A DNA stretch of 64,000 nt, taken from positions 23,954-87,953 of the forward strand of contig DASSSZ010000003.1 in NCBI GenBank assembly GCA_035708165.1. The letters are read 5' to 3'. Each line of letters starts with the position of its first letter. The first letter of the stretch is position 1. Below the pieces are notes generated by a model. That model was given only the letters and a program-made list of their open reading frames with translations. It made no database searches and was not told where the DNA came from. The translations under genes and the position numbers were made by a program. Positions 46,688 to 56,268 of this stretch are shown one piece after another. This DNA is from Minisyncoccota bacterium (lineage in GTDB: Bacteria > Patescibacteriota > Minisyncoccia > Phycocordibacterales > UBA2100).

Positions 46688-47842
46688 CTAGAGCTGACGC
46701 GTCCCTTCGGCGCGGATCGCAGCCGGATCGGCATATTCGTGCCGCACGGCCCGGAAGTAGCCGGCGAGCGCGATCATGAGCGCGTTATCGGTCGCGCGGG
46801 AAGGCGGCGGCAGGAGGAGCGCCGTCTGCGGGAATTCGGCCCCGAGCATGCGGGCCAGCCGGTCGCGCAGGTAGGTATTGGCCGAGACGCCGCCGCCAAT
46901 GATGAGCGTCTGCGCGCCCGTCTCTTCGAGCGCGGTGCGCGTCTTCGCGGCCAGGATATCGCCCACGGCATCCTCGAAGGCGCGGGCGATGGCCGCATCC
47001 TCTGTTTCCGGATGCTTCTCCTTGTAGACGCGCACGGCAGTCTTGAGGCCCGAGAATGAGAAATCGAGGTCGCCGGAGTGCACCATCGAGCGCGGGAACG
47101 CGATCGCATCTTCCGCTCCGCGTGCGCGATGCTCTGCTGCGAGCCGGGAGAGCTCAGGGCCGCCCGGGTACGGCAGGCCGAGGAGGCGCGCCGTCTTGTC
47201 GAATGCTTCGCCGACGGCATCGTCCCGCGTCTCGCCGATCTTCTCGTACGCCATCCATGCATCCATGCGGATGAACTCGGTGTGGCCGCCTGAGACGAGA
47301 AGCGCGAGCGCGGGGAAGGCGAGCGCGGGCGCGAAGCCACCCTCGCTCATCGCGCTCACCGCGATGTGCCCTTCCATGTGGTTCGCGGAGACGAGCGGGA
47401 TGCCCCACGCCTTCCCGAGCGCGCGGGCGGCATTGATGCCGACCCAGAGCGCGGGCTCGAGGCCGGGGCCGGCTGTCACCGCGATCGCGTCGATCTCCGG
47501 CTTGCCGTGCGTCTCGAAGAATCGCGCGAGCTGCTCGAAGAGCGCGGGCTCGCGCGCGAGGAGCTCCTCCAGCTCACGCGCCTGTGCAGCCGCGAGCGGC
47601 GCCGGTTCTTCAGAGGGAAGGTTCGCTTCGGCGAGGACCGCTTCGAGGATCGGGACGAAGTTCGCGGCATGCTCGCGCTTGGCGAGGCTCGGATAGACGC
47701 CGCCGTACTGCGCATGGATCGCCTGCGTGCGGGTGAGATCGCCCAGGATGCGGAACCGGAAGCGGGCATCGAAATCGCCCTCGGCCTCGATCAGGCTGAC
47801 GGCTGTCTCGTCGCACGATGTCTCGATGCCGAGAATACGCAT
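46688..47842 (-). CDS. tsaD: tRNA N6-threonylcarbamoyltransferase TsaD
   Basis: LGIETSCDET, NHMEGH, VSGGHT, DDAVGEAFDK, FSFSGLKT, TDNALMI. Confidence 0.96.
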   Translation of the reverse strand: MRILGIETSCDETAVSLIEAEGDFDARFRFRILGDLTRTQAIHAQYGGVYPSLAKREHAANFVPILEAVLAEANLPSEEPAPLAAAQARELEELLAREPALFEQLARFFETHGKPEIDAIAVTAGPGLEPALWVGINAARALGKAWGIPLVSANHMEGHIAVSAMSEGGFAPALAFPALALLVSGGHTEFIRMDAWMAYEKIGETRDDAVGEAFDKTARLLGLPYPGGPELSRLAAEHRARGAEDAIAFPRSMVHSGDLDFSFSGLKTAVRVYKEKHPETEDAAIARAFEDAVGDILAAKTRTALEETGAQTLIIGGGVSANTYLRDRLARMLGAEFPQTALLLPPPSRATDNALMIALAGYFRAVRHEYADPAAIRAEGTRQL

Positions 47843-47917
47843 AGGATGATTATAGTCGGGCCCTCGGCCGCTGACGACCGCCGAGCCCCGAGCGGGATCC
47901 GGCGCGATGCAATCGGG

Positions 47918-47991
47918 TGGGCGATACAGGACTCGAACCTGTGACCCCTTTCACGTCAAGAAAGTGCTCTAGCCAACTGAGCTAATCGCCC
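47918..47991 (-). tRNA. tRNA-Val(GAC)
   Basis: GGGCGAT acceptor, CTTTC-TT-GAC-GT-GAAAG, GGTTCGAGTCC. Confidence 0.93.
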
Positions 47992-48069
47992 GACGATGCG
48001 CACTATACCAGAATCCGGGAACATGGAAAAGAAAACAGCGCTCAAATGAGCGCTGCAGTTCGGGAGTAA

Positions 48070-48249
48070 CTACCGATAGGGGGAGAAGGTGTGCCGCATG
48101 AAGGAGGCGGCGATCGGCTGCAGGCTTTCGCCGTGGCGCAGGTGATCGATGGCGCCGATCAGGTAGGGCCACAGGAAGAAGAGGGCTACTGCCGTGAGGA
48201 CGAACGCGATACCCAGTACCAATTCGCGGGCTGCCTCAGAGGTATGCAT
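48070..48249 (-). CDS. 59-aa single-TM small protein (below the ORF-track cut-off)
   Basis: MHTSEAARELVLGIAFVLTAVALFFLWPYLIG...; GGAG SD. Confidence 0.5.
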   Translation of the reverse strand: MHTSEAARELVLGIAFVLTAVALFFLWPYLIGAIDHLRHGESLQPIAASFMRHTFSPYR

Positions 48250-48345
48250 GACTACTCCAATCCACCAGTACGAAGGAACACTAAGAATATAATACCATAC
48301 TGGAAAAAAATGTCAATATCCCTGCAGATGGGGTAGAATAGGGGC

Positions 48346-49227
48346 ATGGGATTCGAGACTGTGCCGCATGCGCCGGAGCCAGCGCCTCGCGATTACGAGC
48401 GCGAGATCGACGCGCTGCTCGAGAGCCTTCCGGAGGAAGTGGCGGACCGGTTCTACGCCAGCCATCAGGATGACGAGCCCGAGGCGGAGTTCAAGGCGCT
48501 CTTCGAGCTCGCGCATAAGCGCAAGACGGCCCTCAGCCGATCGCCAGATTCGCGCGCGACGCCAGAGCACATCCTGCTCGATGAGACGCGGCCGCTCGCC
48601 GTCGTGCGCCTCCTCGAGCAGATCGAGCGCGGCGAGCATGAGAAGCTCGGCCAAGGCGGTGCCGGGCGTGTCATTGCCTCAATCCGCTACCCGAACCTGT
48701 GCTACAAAGTCATGTTCCCGCAAGAGCAAGTACCGCTCGGGACGAACGATATCTCGGACGAAGCCGAGATCCAGGGTGCGATCGCATCGATGGGCGAGCG
48801 CTTCGGGGTACGCGCCCCGCGCGTATTCTCGTTCGTGAGCGAGAACGGGAATCGTGCCATCCGCATGGAGCGCCTGTTCGCTGTCTCGCTGCGCGATGTC
48901 CTGCGCGGAGCGCCGCTCCCGAAGGCGTTCGAGCCAAAGCGGTTCTTCGACTCGCTCCGCAAATTCGTGAGATACATGCACGAGCAGGGATACTACCACC
49001 GCGACCTCCAGGACGGGAATATCTTGATCGACAACGAGACCGGGCAGCCGTATCTCATCGATTTCGGGCTGAGCGCGTATTCGGCCTTCCCCGAAGATGT
49101 GTATCGCGTGTCCGTCGTGAGAGGTGGACGAGAAGTCAAAAATATGTTACAAGATGATGAGGTCGGCATCGATGCGGCGGAACGCCAGCTCCTGAATCAC
49201 CTGAACAAGAATACGAAGGAGGTATGA
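48346..49227 (+). CDS. Protein kinase-like (Ser/Thr or RIO/Kdo-type)
   Basis: LGQGGAGRV, CYK, HRDLQDGNILI, LIDFG. Confidence 0.88.
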   Translation: MGFETVPHAPEPAPRDYEREIDALLESLPEEVADRFYASHQDDEPEAEFKALFELAHKRKTALSRSPDSRATPEHILLDETRPLAVVRLLEQIERGEHEKLGQGGAGRVIASIRYPNLCYKVMFPQEQVPLGTNDISDEAEIQGAIASMGERFGVRAPRVFSFVSENGNRAIRMERLFAVSLRDVLRGAPLPKAFEPKRFFDSLRKFVRYMHEQGYYHRDLQDGNILIDNETGQPYLIDFGLSAYSAFPEDVYRVSVVRGGREVKNMLQDDEVGIDAAERQLLNHLNKNTKEV

Positions 49228-49454
49228 TGCGCATCACATGGGATTACCGGCAGAGCGCGCTTGCTGCGGCGAAGAAGCTGCAGGCAGATGCACGCGATGG
49301 GATACCGATCCCGGAGATGGATGGCCTGTATGTGATACAGAAAGGCCGTGCGCCGGATCGCGATGCAGTCGAGGCCATCCTGCGGGATGATGACGGCATC
49401 GAATACGAAGTGTACAGCAACGGCAACGGGCATGATGAGCCCGATGCATCCTGA
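49224..49454 (+). CDS. Small acidic hypothetical protein
   Basis: ATGA overlap with the kinase stop, AAGGAGG SD. Confidence 0.65.
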   Translation: MMRITWDYRQSALAAAKKLQADARDGIPIPEMDGLYVIQKGRAPDRDAVEAILRDDDGIEYEVYSNGNGHDEPDAS

Positions 49455-49487
49455 GGACGGACGGGCCAATGCGGCGCCCGCCCGTCC

Positions 49488-50153
49488 TTACTTTTTCGCT
49501 GCCGCGTTCCCTGGCAGCGTCATATCGAACTGGTCCCAGAGGTAGCGGCATGCGACCGTGCGGTAGGGCTGCCACGGGCGGGCGAGTGCTTCCATGCGCG
49601 CCGGCGATGGCGGCGTTCGCATGCCGAAGAGCACCTGGAAGCCTTTCCGGATGGCGAGGTCGCCCGTCGGGAGCACGTCCGGCCGGTGCAGGTAGAACAT
49701 AAGGAACATGTCGGCGCTCCATCGCCCGATCCCTTTGACGGCGATGAGGTGCTGGCGCACGGTCTCGTCGTCCCATTCCGCGAGGCCTTTCGCATTGATC
49801 GTGCCGTCGAGGAACTTCTCGGCGAGATCGCGCAGGTAGGCGGCTTTCGCGTGCGAGAGGCCTGCGGCGCGCAGCTCTTCCTCGGGTAACGCGAGCATCG
49901 CTTTCGGCGTCGGATGCTTCCTGGGGAAGCTCGAAAGCAGGCGCCCGAGGATGGTATCGGCCGCCTTGCCGGAAAGCTGCTGGAAGACGATGGATTCGAC
50001 GAGCGCGTAGAACGGATCGCGCGGCGTGCCGTGGCTCGTCGCGCGCGAGAAGACCGGCTTCGGGTACCGCTTGATCAATGGCGCGAGGTGCGGATCCTTG
50101 CGCAGGTGCCGCAGCGCGCTCGCAAGATCGATTTCCGTGATAAGGGCGGCCAT
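49488..50153 (-). CDS. alkA: DNA-3-methyladenine glycosylase II (AlkA family)
   Basis: SIVFQQLS, VKGIGRWSADMFL, DVLPTGD, WQPYRT. Confidence 0.92.
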   Translation of the reverse strand: MAALITEIDLASALRHLRKDPHLAPLIKRYPKPVFSRATSHGTPRDPFYALVESIVFQQLSGKAADTILGRLLSSFPRKHPTPKAMLALPEEELRAAGLSHAKAAYLRDLAEKFLDGTINAKGLAEWDDETVRQHLIAVKGIGRWSADMFLMFYLHRPDVLPTGDLAIRKGFQVLFGMRTPPSPARMEALARPWQPYRTVACRYLWDQFDMTLPGNAAAKK

Positions 50154-50157
50154 CGTG

Positions 50158-50460
50158 CTACCGCTTGTCGGCGATAAAGACGATGATGACGATCGCGAGC
50201 ATGATGCCGATGAACCACGCGAGCGTGGTGAGGAAGAACCGCAGCGCCTCATCCGCCTTCCCGCCGAGGAGCATGCGTACCGGTTGGTAGAAGAAGAGCA
50301 TTCCCATGACCGACACCGAGCAGACGAGGAGCGACAGCACGATGATCGCGCCGAGGAGCCCGTTATCGAGCTCGAGGCCCGAGGTAAGGCCGATCAGGAG
50401 CACGATCCCGCAGATGTACGCTGCGGCGATACCGGCACTGGAGAACGGCGTAAGCTTCAT
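50158..50460 (-). CDS. 3-TM membrane protein, unknown
   Basis: Hydrophobic 100 aa; TATACT upstream. Confidence 0.7.
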   Translation of the reverse strand: MKLTPFSSAGIAAAYICGIVLLIGLTSGLELDNGLLGAIIVLSLLVCSVSVMGMLFFYQPVRMLLGGKADEALRFFLTTLAWFIGIMLAIVIIVFIADKR

Positions 50461-50491
50461 CCTCCCAGTATACAGGGTCGTCAGGATGATG

Positions 50492-51175
50492 CTACTGCGC
50501 CGGGACAGGGTTCTCGGTCGAGGTGGCACTCTCAGACGGCGTCTCCGGGAGGACGGGCGAGGTGCTCGCGCTCGCAGCGGCATCCGGAAGGGGAGTGGCG
50601 GCTTCGGCCGGCGCCTCGCTGGAAGTATCAGCGGACGCGGCAGCGGCTGGCGGCACGGCCGAGCTATCATGCGGGGCTGCCTGCGACGCAGTGCCTGACG
50701 CCATCTGTTCGAGCTGCGTCACGCTGAGCATGCCATGCAGCCCGAAGAGATAGTACGCGACGCCTGCGATGATCGCGGTCTCGATGAGCACGATCACGAG
50801 AAGGAGGATGATCAGCCCGCCGTGGCCCTTCGGCTGCCGCGCGCCTTCTGCGCCGCGGCGGCGTGCCCCGTGCATGCCGCGCATCGTCGTCTGATCGAAA
50901 TCCGGAAGCTCGTGCTGCCCTATGGGCGATTGCATACCTGCGAATGCTTCCGCCTGGGAATCGCGCGCAGGCATCGCGGAGATCATCGGCTGCGCGGGCT
51001 GCGCAGGGGCGGCAGGCTTCGATGCCGGAGTGGCAGGCGCCTGCGCTTCCTGGAGCGCCTCGTTGATCTTCGCCGTGTCCCAGCCGGCGCTCGTGAGGGC
51101 ACGGACCACGCCATCCTGGGAGACGCCAGCCGCGAGCTGCTGCTTGATGTATGAGACCACATTCGAATCAGCCAT
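50492..51175 (-). CDS. Single-TM protein with small N-terminal helical domain
   Basis: YIKQQLAAGVS...ALTSAGW...INEAL, low-complexity linker, TM segment. Confidence 0.7.
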   Translation of the reverse strand: MADSNVVSYIKQQLAAGVSQDGVVRALTSAGWDTAKINEALQEAQAPATPASKPAAPAQPAQPMISAMPARDSQAEAFAGMQSPIGQHELPDFDQTTMRGMHGARRRGAEGARQPKGHGGLIILLLVIVLIETAIIAGVAYYLFGLHGMLSVTQLEQMASGTASQAAPHDSSAVPPAAAASADTSSEAPAEAATPLPDAAASASTSPVLPETPSESATSTENPVPAQ

Positions 51176-51251
51176 ATGCCTATAGTCTCTCACGGATCTG
51201 CCTCGGGGCGGCACGCTATCCACAGGAAGCGGCTCTCGCTATACTGCGCGC

Positions 51252-51881
51252 ATGCGGCGCGTACTCGGCATGGCATTCTTCGATCGCGATACCGTGACGG
51301 TCGCGCGGGAGCTCCTGGGGATGCACCTCGTGCGGCGCTTTCCTGACGGCGAAGAGCGCGCGCTCATGATCACCGAGACAGAGGCGTACGACGGCCCGCA
51401 CGATCTCGCAGCGCATTCCGCGCACGGCCGGACAGCGCGCACCGACGTGCTCTTCGGTCCGGCCGGGAACTGGTACGTCTATTTCATCTACGGGATGCAC
51501 GAGATGCTCAACATCGTGACGGGAGGCGAGGGCGCGGCCGTGCTCATCCGCGGCGCAGGCGAGATCAGCGGTCCGGGCCGGCTCACCAAGGCGCTTGCCA
51601 TCACGCGTGCGCTCAACAAGGAGGCGGCAGCGCCTGAAAGCGGGCTTTGGATCGAGGATCGCGGCGACGCCGTGCCGGATGCGTGGATCGCGGCGACGCC
51701 GAGAATCGGCGTCGCATATGCGAAGGAGTGGGCGGCGAAGCCGTGGCGCTTCGTGCGCACGCCGCCTCTCAGCGCGGATCCGCTGCTGCGGCGAGATTCG
51801 CGACGCACCAGCGATAGAGCGGCGCGTCATCCCGCGCGAACGCGAAATAGAAAGAGTAGTAGAGGCGATAGCACTCGATGA
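51252..51881 (+). CDS. mpg: 3-methyladenine DNA glycosylase (MPG/AAG family)
   Basis: VARELLG, ETEAYDG, YVYFIYGMH, GPGRLT, TPRIG, PWRF. Confidence 0.93.
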   Translation: MRRVLGMAFFDRDTVTVARELLGMHLVRRFPDGEERALMITETEAYDGPHDLAAHSAHGRTARTDVLFGPAGNWYVYFIYGMHEMLNIVTGGEGAAVLIRGAGEISGPGRLTKALAITRALNKEAAAPESGLWIEDRGDAVPDAWIAATPRIGVAYAKEWAAKPWRFVRTPPLSADPLLRRDSRRTSDRAARHPARTRNRKSSRGDSTR

Positions 51882-52668
51882 CGGGGAGGATCGCTTCGCC
51901 CGCACGCGCGACGATCAGCTCGCGCATGAACGCGCTATCCGCCGCCGTGGCGCCTGGCGTCACCTCGAGGAAGAGGAACGCGCCGGCGATATCCATCTGC
52001 GGGTCGCCGATGAGCGTCATGGGGCTGAAGTCGATGACGCCGGCGACGGCGAGCGACTCGTCCATGAGGACGTTGCCGGGGAAGTAATCGCCATGCACGA
52101 GCGCGTGCTCGGGCTCGGCGAGCATGGCGATCCGCTCCTGCGCCTCGCGTGCCGAGTGCGCGAGCTGCGGCACGTCTGCCCTGAGGACGGGGTCCTCGGC
52201 AGCAGTCCGGACTTTCATGGCGAGATACTCACGCCACGTGGTCGCGGTCACGGGGCGATCAGCGAGGAGCTCGCCATACGGCAGGTCCGGCCGCGTGACC
52301 GCCCGCAAGGCCAGAGCGGCATCGAGGAAGCTCCCGAAGGCGTGCCGCTTCTCTCCTGGCGAGAGCGCGGGCAGAACAGCAAGGAGCGGCGACCCGTGGA
52401 TCCGTTCCTCGATCGAGACGACCGCGCCCGCATGCTCCTCGATCGCCTGCACGCGCGGGATGGCGAACGGCAGGGCGGCACGAGGCAGGGATTCGTAGAA
52501 ATGCATGCGGTCCTCGAAATGCGGGCGCCGCGCGCTATCCTTCGCGATGCGCAGCACGCGCGCATCATCGAGCGCGTACACCCATGACTCGCTGCCTTCG
52601 CCGAGGAGCGCGCCTTGAGCGATGCCGAAGCGATCAAGGACAGCCTGCGGCGGCTCCGTCATTTTCAT
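51769..52668 (-). CDS. Aminoglycoside phosphotransferase family protein
   Basis: GEGSES, LVHGDYFPGNVL, GVIDFS, GDPQMD. Confidence 0.88.
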   Translation of the reverse strand: MKMTEPPQAVLDRFGIAQGALLGEGSESWVYALDDARVLRIAKDSARRPHFEDRMHFYESLPRAALPFAIPRVQAIEEHAGAVVSIEERIHGSPLLAVLPALSPGEKRHAFGSFLDAALALRAVTRPDLPYGELLADRPVTATTWREYLAMKVRTAAEDPVLRADVPQLAHSAREAQERIAMLAEPEHALVHGDYFPGNVLMDESLAVAGVIDFSPMTLIGDPQMDIAGAFLFLEVTPGATAADSAFMRELIVARAGEAILPVIECYRLYYSFYFAFARDDAPLYRWCVANLAAAADPR

Positions 52669-52715
52669 GCGGGAACTGTAGCACGAAGAGCCGGGCAGCA
52701 CTGCCCGGCTCGTGC

Positions 52716-53768
52716 TCAGCGCGTAGCGCCGAGCGCATCGAGGATCTGCGGATCCATCCCGCCCACGTGCCAGAGCGCGACATTCGAGACGCCGAGATCT
52801 GCGAGCGCGAGGCGGATGCGCATGACGCTCGCCGCGTTCGGCAGCCACAGCGCAGCGGAGCCGGTATCGTAGCGCGTCGCGCCCGTTACGGGATCTTGCG
52901 TTGAGGCGAGCTTCTCTGCGCTTGCGCGTGCCGCGTATTCCTGCCAGGTGCCGGTCCCGACGCGCGCACCATCCTGCCATGCCACCCCATACACAGCGAT
53001 GCCAGCTTCGAGCTTTTCCGCAGAAATTGCTGCCGCGGCTTCTGCCATAAGGGAGTGCGCCTTCGCCGGCGTGATGAGCGGGCCAGGCGCCGTCGTCCCC
53101 GGGCCGTAGAGCATGATCTGCACCGTATCGGCAGCGGCCCCGATGCGCGCAAGCGCTCCGGTATCCGTCCCCAGCGCGGATGCTTCGAGCGCGACCGAGA
53201 GCCGCTTGCCTGATTCGTGCAGATCGCGCGCGAGCGTCTCGATGAACGAAGCGTACGCATCGAGATCTTCCGGCGAGCGGATGCCCTCGTAGTCGAGGTC
53301 GAGGCCATCGTACCCGTGCGCGACGGCGAGCGTAGCGAGCGCGTGCGCGCTCTGCGCTCGCAAGGCGGGGTCGCGAAGCGTCGCGAGGACCCGCTGCGGC
53401 TGCGAACCCGATGCGGTGACATCGGAGACGAGCGGCACGAGCGCGATCCCGTGCGCCGCGGCGATCGCGCGCAGCGCGGGATCGTCCGCGTGCGCACCCG
53501 GCACCTGCCGGGTGCCGCCGTCCTCGCCGGCTTCCCACCACAGCGGGCTCACGGTGCCGATGCGATCGGCATAGCGCTCGACAAGCGCCACCCCGGCATC
53601 CCAATCATGCTTCTGCAGCCACGCCGTGACCGGCGTACCGGGCGCGGGAGCTGCGGCATGCGCTGCGGGGACTGCCTCCGGGATGATCGCGATCAGCATG
53701 ACTGCGAGAACGAGCCCGGCTGCGGCGATGCAGGCGAGCAGGTGATTCTGATTCGTACGAATGTGCAT
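52716..53768 (-). CDS. Glycoside hydrolase family 18-like secreted protein
   Basis: Signal/TM segment, VSPLWW, YDGLDLDYE, IMLY, ALWHVG. Confidence 0.82.
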   Translation of the reverse strand: MHIRTNQNHLLACIAAAGLVLAVMLIAIIPEAVPAAHAAAPAPGTPVTAWLQKHDWDAGVALVERYADRIGTVSPLWWEAGEDGGTRQVPGAHADDPALRAIAAAHGIALVPLVSDVTASGSQPQRVLATLRDPALRAQSAHALATLAVAHGYDGLDLDYEGIRSPEDLDAYASFIETLARDLHESGKRLSVALEASALGTDTGALARIGAAADTVQIMLYGPGTTAPGPLITPAKAHSLMAEAAAAISAEKLEAGIAVYGVAWQDGARVGTGTWQEYAARASAEKLASTQDPVTGATRYDTGSAALWLPNAASVMRIRLALADLGVSNVALWHVGGMDPQILDALGATR

Positions 53769-53901
53769 GACGTGCCTCGTATCCTATGCTTCCGGCGCGG
53801 CGAGCGCCACGTCTTCCGCCAAGCATCAGGCTTCGCGCATGAAGAGCGCAGGAATGCGCTGCGCGCGCCCGCCGCGCATCCGCAGTGGTACTATTGAGCG
53901 T

Positions 53902-54423
53902 ATGGAGAAACCGATCATCAATATCGAAGAGCTGGAGCCGATGGAGAGTCCTGCACCCATGCCTGAGGAGAAGAAGGCGACCTATGGCGGCGCGACCATG
54001 GCGTTCGCGAGCCGCAGGATCGGCGCGGAGAAGCTCGGCTACAGCGTCGTGACCATCCCGGCAGGGAAGGGCAAGGCAGCGTTCCCGTACCACAATCACC
54101 GCGTGAACGAGGAAGCGTTCTTCATCCTCGAGGGCGATGGCGAGGTGCGGATCGGCGAAGGGCGTTATCCCATCCGGAAAGGCGACTTCATCGCGCATCC
54201 GGCCGGCGGCCCCGCGAGCGCGCACCAGATCACGAACGCCTCGGATGAGCACCCGCTCGTCTATCTCGGCATCAGCACGCAGCTCTCGCCGGAGATCGCG
54301 GAGTACCCCGATGCGGGAGACAAGTTCGGCGTCCTCGGGCAGTTCCCGGGAGCGGACGGCGCACCCGAGCGGTTCATGTTCCTCGGCCGCAAGGGCGATC
54401 AATCGGTCGGGTATTGGGACTAG
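53902..54423 (+). CDS. Cupin domain protein
   Basis: PYHNHRVNEEAFFILEG, AHQITN, EYPD. Confidence 0.92.
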   Translation: MEKPIINIEELEPMESPAPMPEEKKATYGGATMAFASRRIGAEKLGYSVVTIPAGKGKAAFPYHNHRVNEEAFFILEGDGEVRIGEGRYPIRKGDFIAHPAGGPASAHQITNASDEHPLVYLGISTQLSPEIAEYPDAGDKFGVLGQFPGADGAPERFMFLGRKGDQSVGYWD

Positions 54424-54432
54424 CCGCGAGGG

Positions 54433-54813
54433 CTATCCGGCACGCGACCGGAGCGCGGCCCGATCGTTCCAGCTCCACCATGCGAGCGCTGCTGCGGCAA
54501 GCGCGATCGCGAGGTCGCGGAAGACGATCTCGAACTGCGGGAGGTTGAAGGCGACGATGAGCACGAGCAGCACCGTCGCGATCGCGGACGGGATGAAGAT
54601 GCGCTTCCCTGAGAGGATCCAGAGCCCGATCACGGCCTCAGCGATGCCCCAGGCGGAGAGGAGCAGCTGATCGGAGACAATCCCGCGCATGAAATGCGGG
54701 AAATAGCCGATCCAATCGTACGGTGCGAAGTACGCGCTCACAGGCGGATAGAGGAACGCGAGCGCGAGCGCGAGACGCAAGAGGACCCGGACGACGTGCG
54801 GGGCATCCATCAT
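54433..54813 (-). CDS. DoxX-like membrane protein
   Basis: LLRLALA, EAVIGLWILSG, VFRDLAI. Confidence 0.75.
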   Translation of the reverse strand: MMDAPHVVRVLLRLALALAFLYPPVSAYFAPYDWIGYFPHFMRGIVSDQLLLSAWGIAEAVIGLWILSGKRIFIPSAIATVLLVLIVAFNLPQFEIVFRDLAIALAAAALAWWSWNDRAALRSRAG

Positions 54814-54817
54814 GCGC

Positions 54818-55339
54818 CTATCGGACGATGACCTGGCCTGTAGCGCTCGGGTTCACGTGGTTATGGAAGGGCCACGTGCCGGCCTTGGTGAAAGTGAAGG
54901 AGTAGTTGCTGGTCGCTGCTTTGCATTCATCGAACGGCGTAGGGCCGGTATAGCCCGCGGCGCAATGCTCGGCACGGTCCGTGCCGTCATACACCGTGTG
55001 CGTGGGGTGCACGCCGGTAGCTACCCACATCGGGTCGCCGGACGCGTCCACGAACGTGACCGTATCGCCCGCGTTGATCGTGACCGTAGATGGGCTGAAC
55101 GATGAGCCGTTATACGTGATCGTCACCGTCTGCGCAGCTGGGGCAGCGGGGGTGGCAGTTGCAGCCTGCTGCTGCCCGGCTCCGGGCGTAGTGGTCGTCC
55201 CGATCGTGCCGTCCTGCACGGAGGCGGGCTGGCCGCCTGCCGCAGGCATGTTCGCATCCGGGTGCGCAGTGAAGTACCAGATGAGCCCGGCGATGATAAG
55301 GATGGCAACGATGATGCCGATGATGCTTGAGGATCGCAT
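54818..55339 (-). CDS. Membrane-anchored cupredoxin-fold protein
   Basis: FSPSTVTINAGDTVTF, HPTH, FTKAGTWPFHNH. Confidence 0.82.
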   Translation of the reverse strand: MRSSSIIGIIVAILIIAGLIWYFTAHPDANMPAAGGQPASVQDGTIGTTTTPGAGQQQAATATPAAPAAQTVTITYNGSSFSPSTVTINAGDTVTFVDASGDPMWVATGVHPTHTVYDGTDRAEHCAAGYTGPTPFDECKAATSNYSFTFTKAGTWPFHNHVNPSATGQVIVR

Positions 55340-55590
55340 ACTACTAGATGAGTGGGGTGAGATAATTAACGCTATTCCCGATGATACCACCATTAAGGGA
55401 GCTGCACGGAGCGGCAGCGAAGCCCTGTGGATACGGGGGGTGGCCGGCGCGGCTCTGTCCGAGTCCGAAGTTTCTATCTGCGGGCTACTCGGGATTCAGA
55501 CTTTGCAGGTCAAGCCCTGTAAGGGTATTTTGGCACCTTCTCGCGGAGTTATTTGAGGTGTTCAGGTCGCAAGCATAAAATCAGTCCATC

Positions 55591-56268
55591 ATGAGTATCA
55601 TACGTTTTGCAGTGGGAACCCGAGATGATCTACGCTCTTCCGTATGGCGCTTATGGGCTAACAAGAACGACTTATATCTAGCAGCCCGTTCGCATGCAAT
55701 GATTTCAAAATTTAGTTTTCACGAGTCTGGGAAGTATCGATTCGCAGTGAATAGCGCGGTTGAACGAGAAAACGATGCGAGTGATCGGGCGTTGTATAAA
55801 TGGACACGCCCATCCGAATTCGCCCCCGGTTGGACTCGTTGTTTCGGAATACTCGTTCCACAAAGAGTTACTCGATCACCTTTCGGAATCAGCTTCGATG
55901 AGAATAAAGCAGTTGAGCTTGTTAGCCCCCCTGCCAAGGGTAAGAAGGTTATTTTCAACATCATCCTTTCCCACAAAGCGGCTAAGCCCGAGCATGTAAT
56001 CCGCGGCTCAGCTCACAAAATAAAGATTTTGGGGCGGATCGAGATGCTGCGAGAGATTGCATGGCTAGTCACTTTTGAGGATGATTTTGGTCCCACGGAG
56101 GAGGCAGTGATTCAGGACCATTTCGACAAGCTAAAAATCCATCTCAAACCAGGGAGCACTGGAGAAGGGATGCGGTACACCTTCCTTCATGCTATTGAAC
56201 AGGGCGAGACACCCTTTCTAATTGACATAGAGCTCGGCAGGGAAAATCTAGATATCTCCGCTGTCTAA
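55591..56268 (+). CDS. Hypothetical protein, lower GC (horizontally acquired)
   Basis: 225 aa ORF with AT-rich codon usage unlike its flanks. Confidence 0.75.
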   Translation: MSIIRFAVGTRDDLRSSVWRLWANKNDLYLAARSHAMISKFSFHESGKYRFAVNSAVERENDASDRALYKWTRPSEFAPGWTRCFGILVPQRVTRSPFGISFDENKAVELVSPPAKGKKVIFNIILSHKAAKPEHVIRGSAHKIKILGRIEMLREIAWLVTFEDDFGPTEEAVIQDHFDKLKIHLKPGSTGEGMRYTFLHAIEQGETPFLIDIELGRENLDISAV

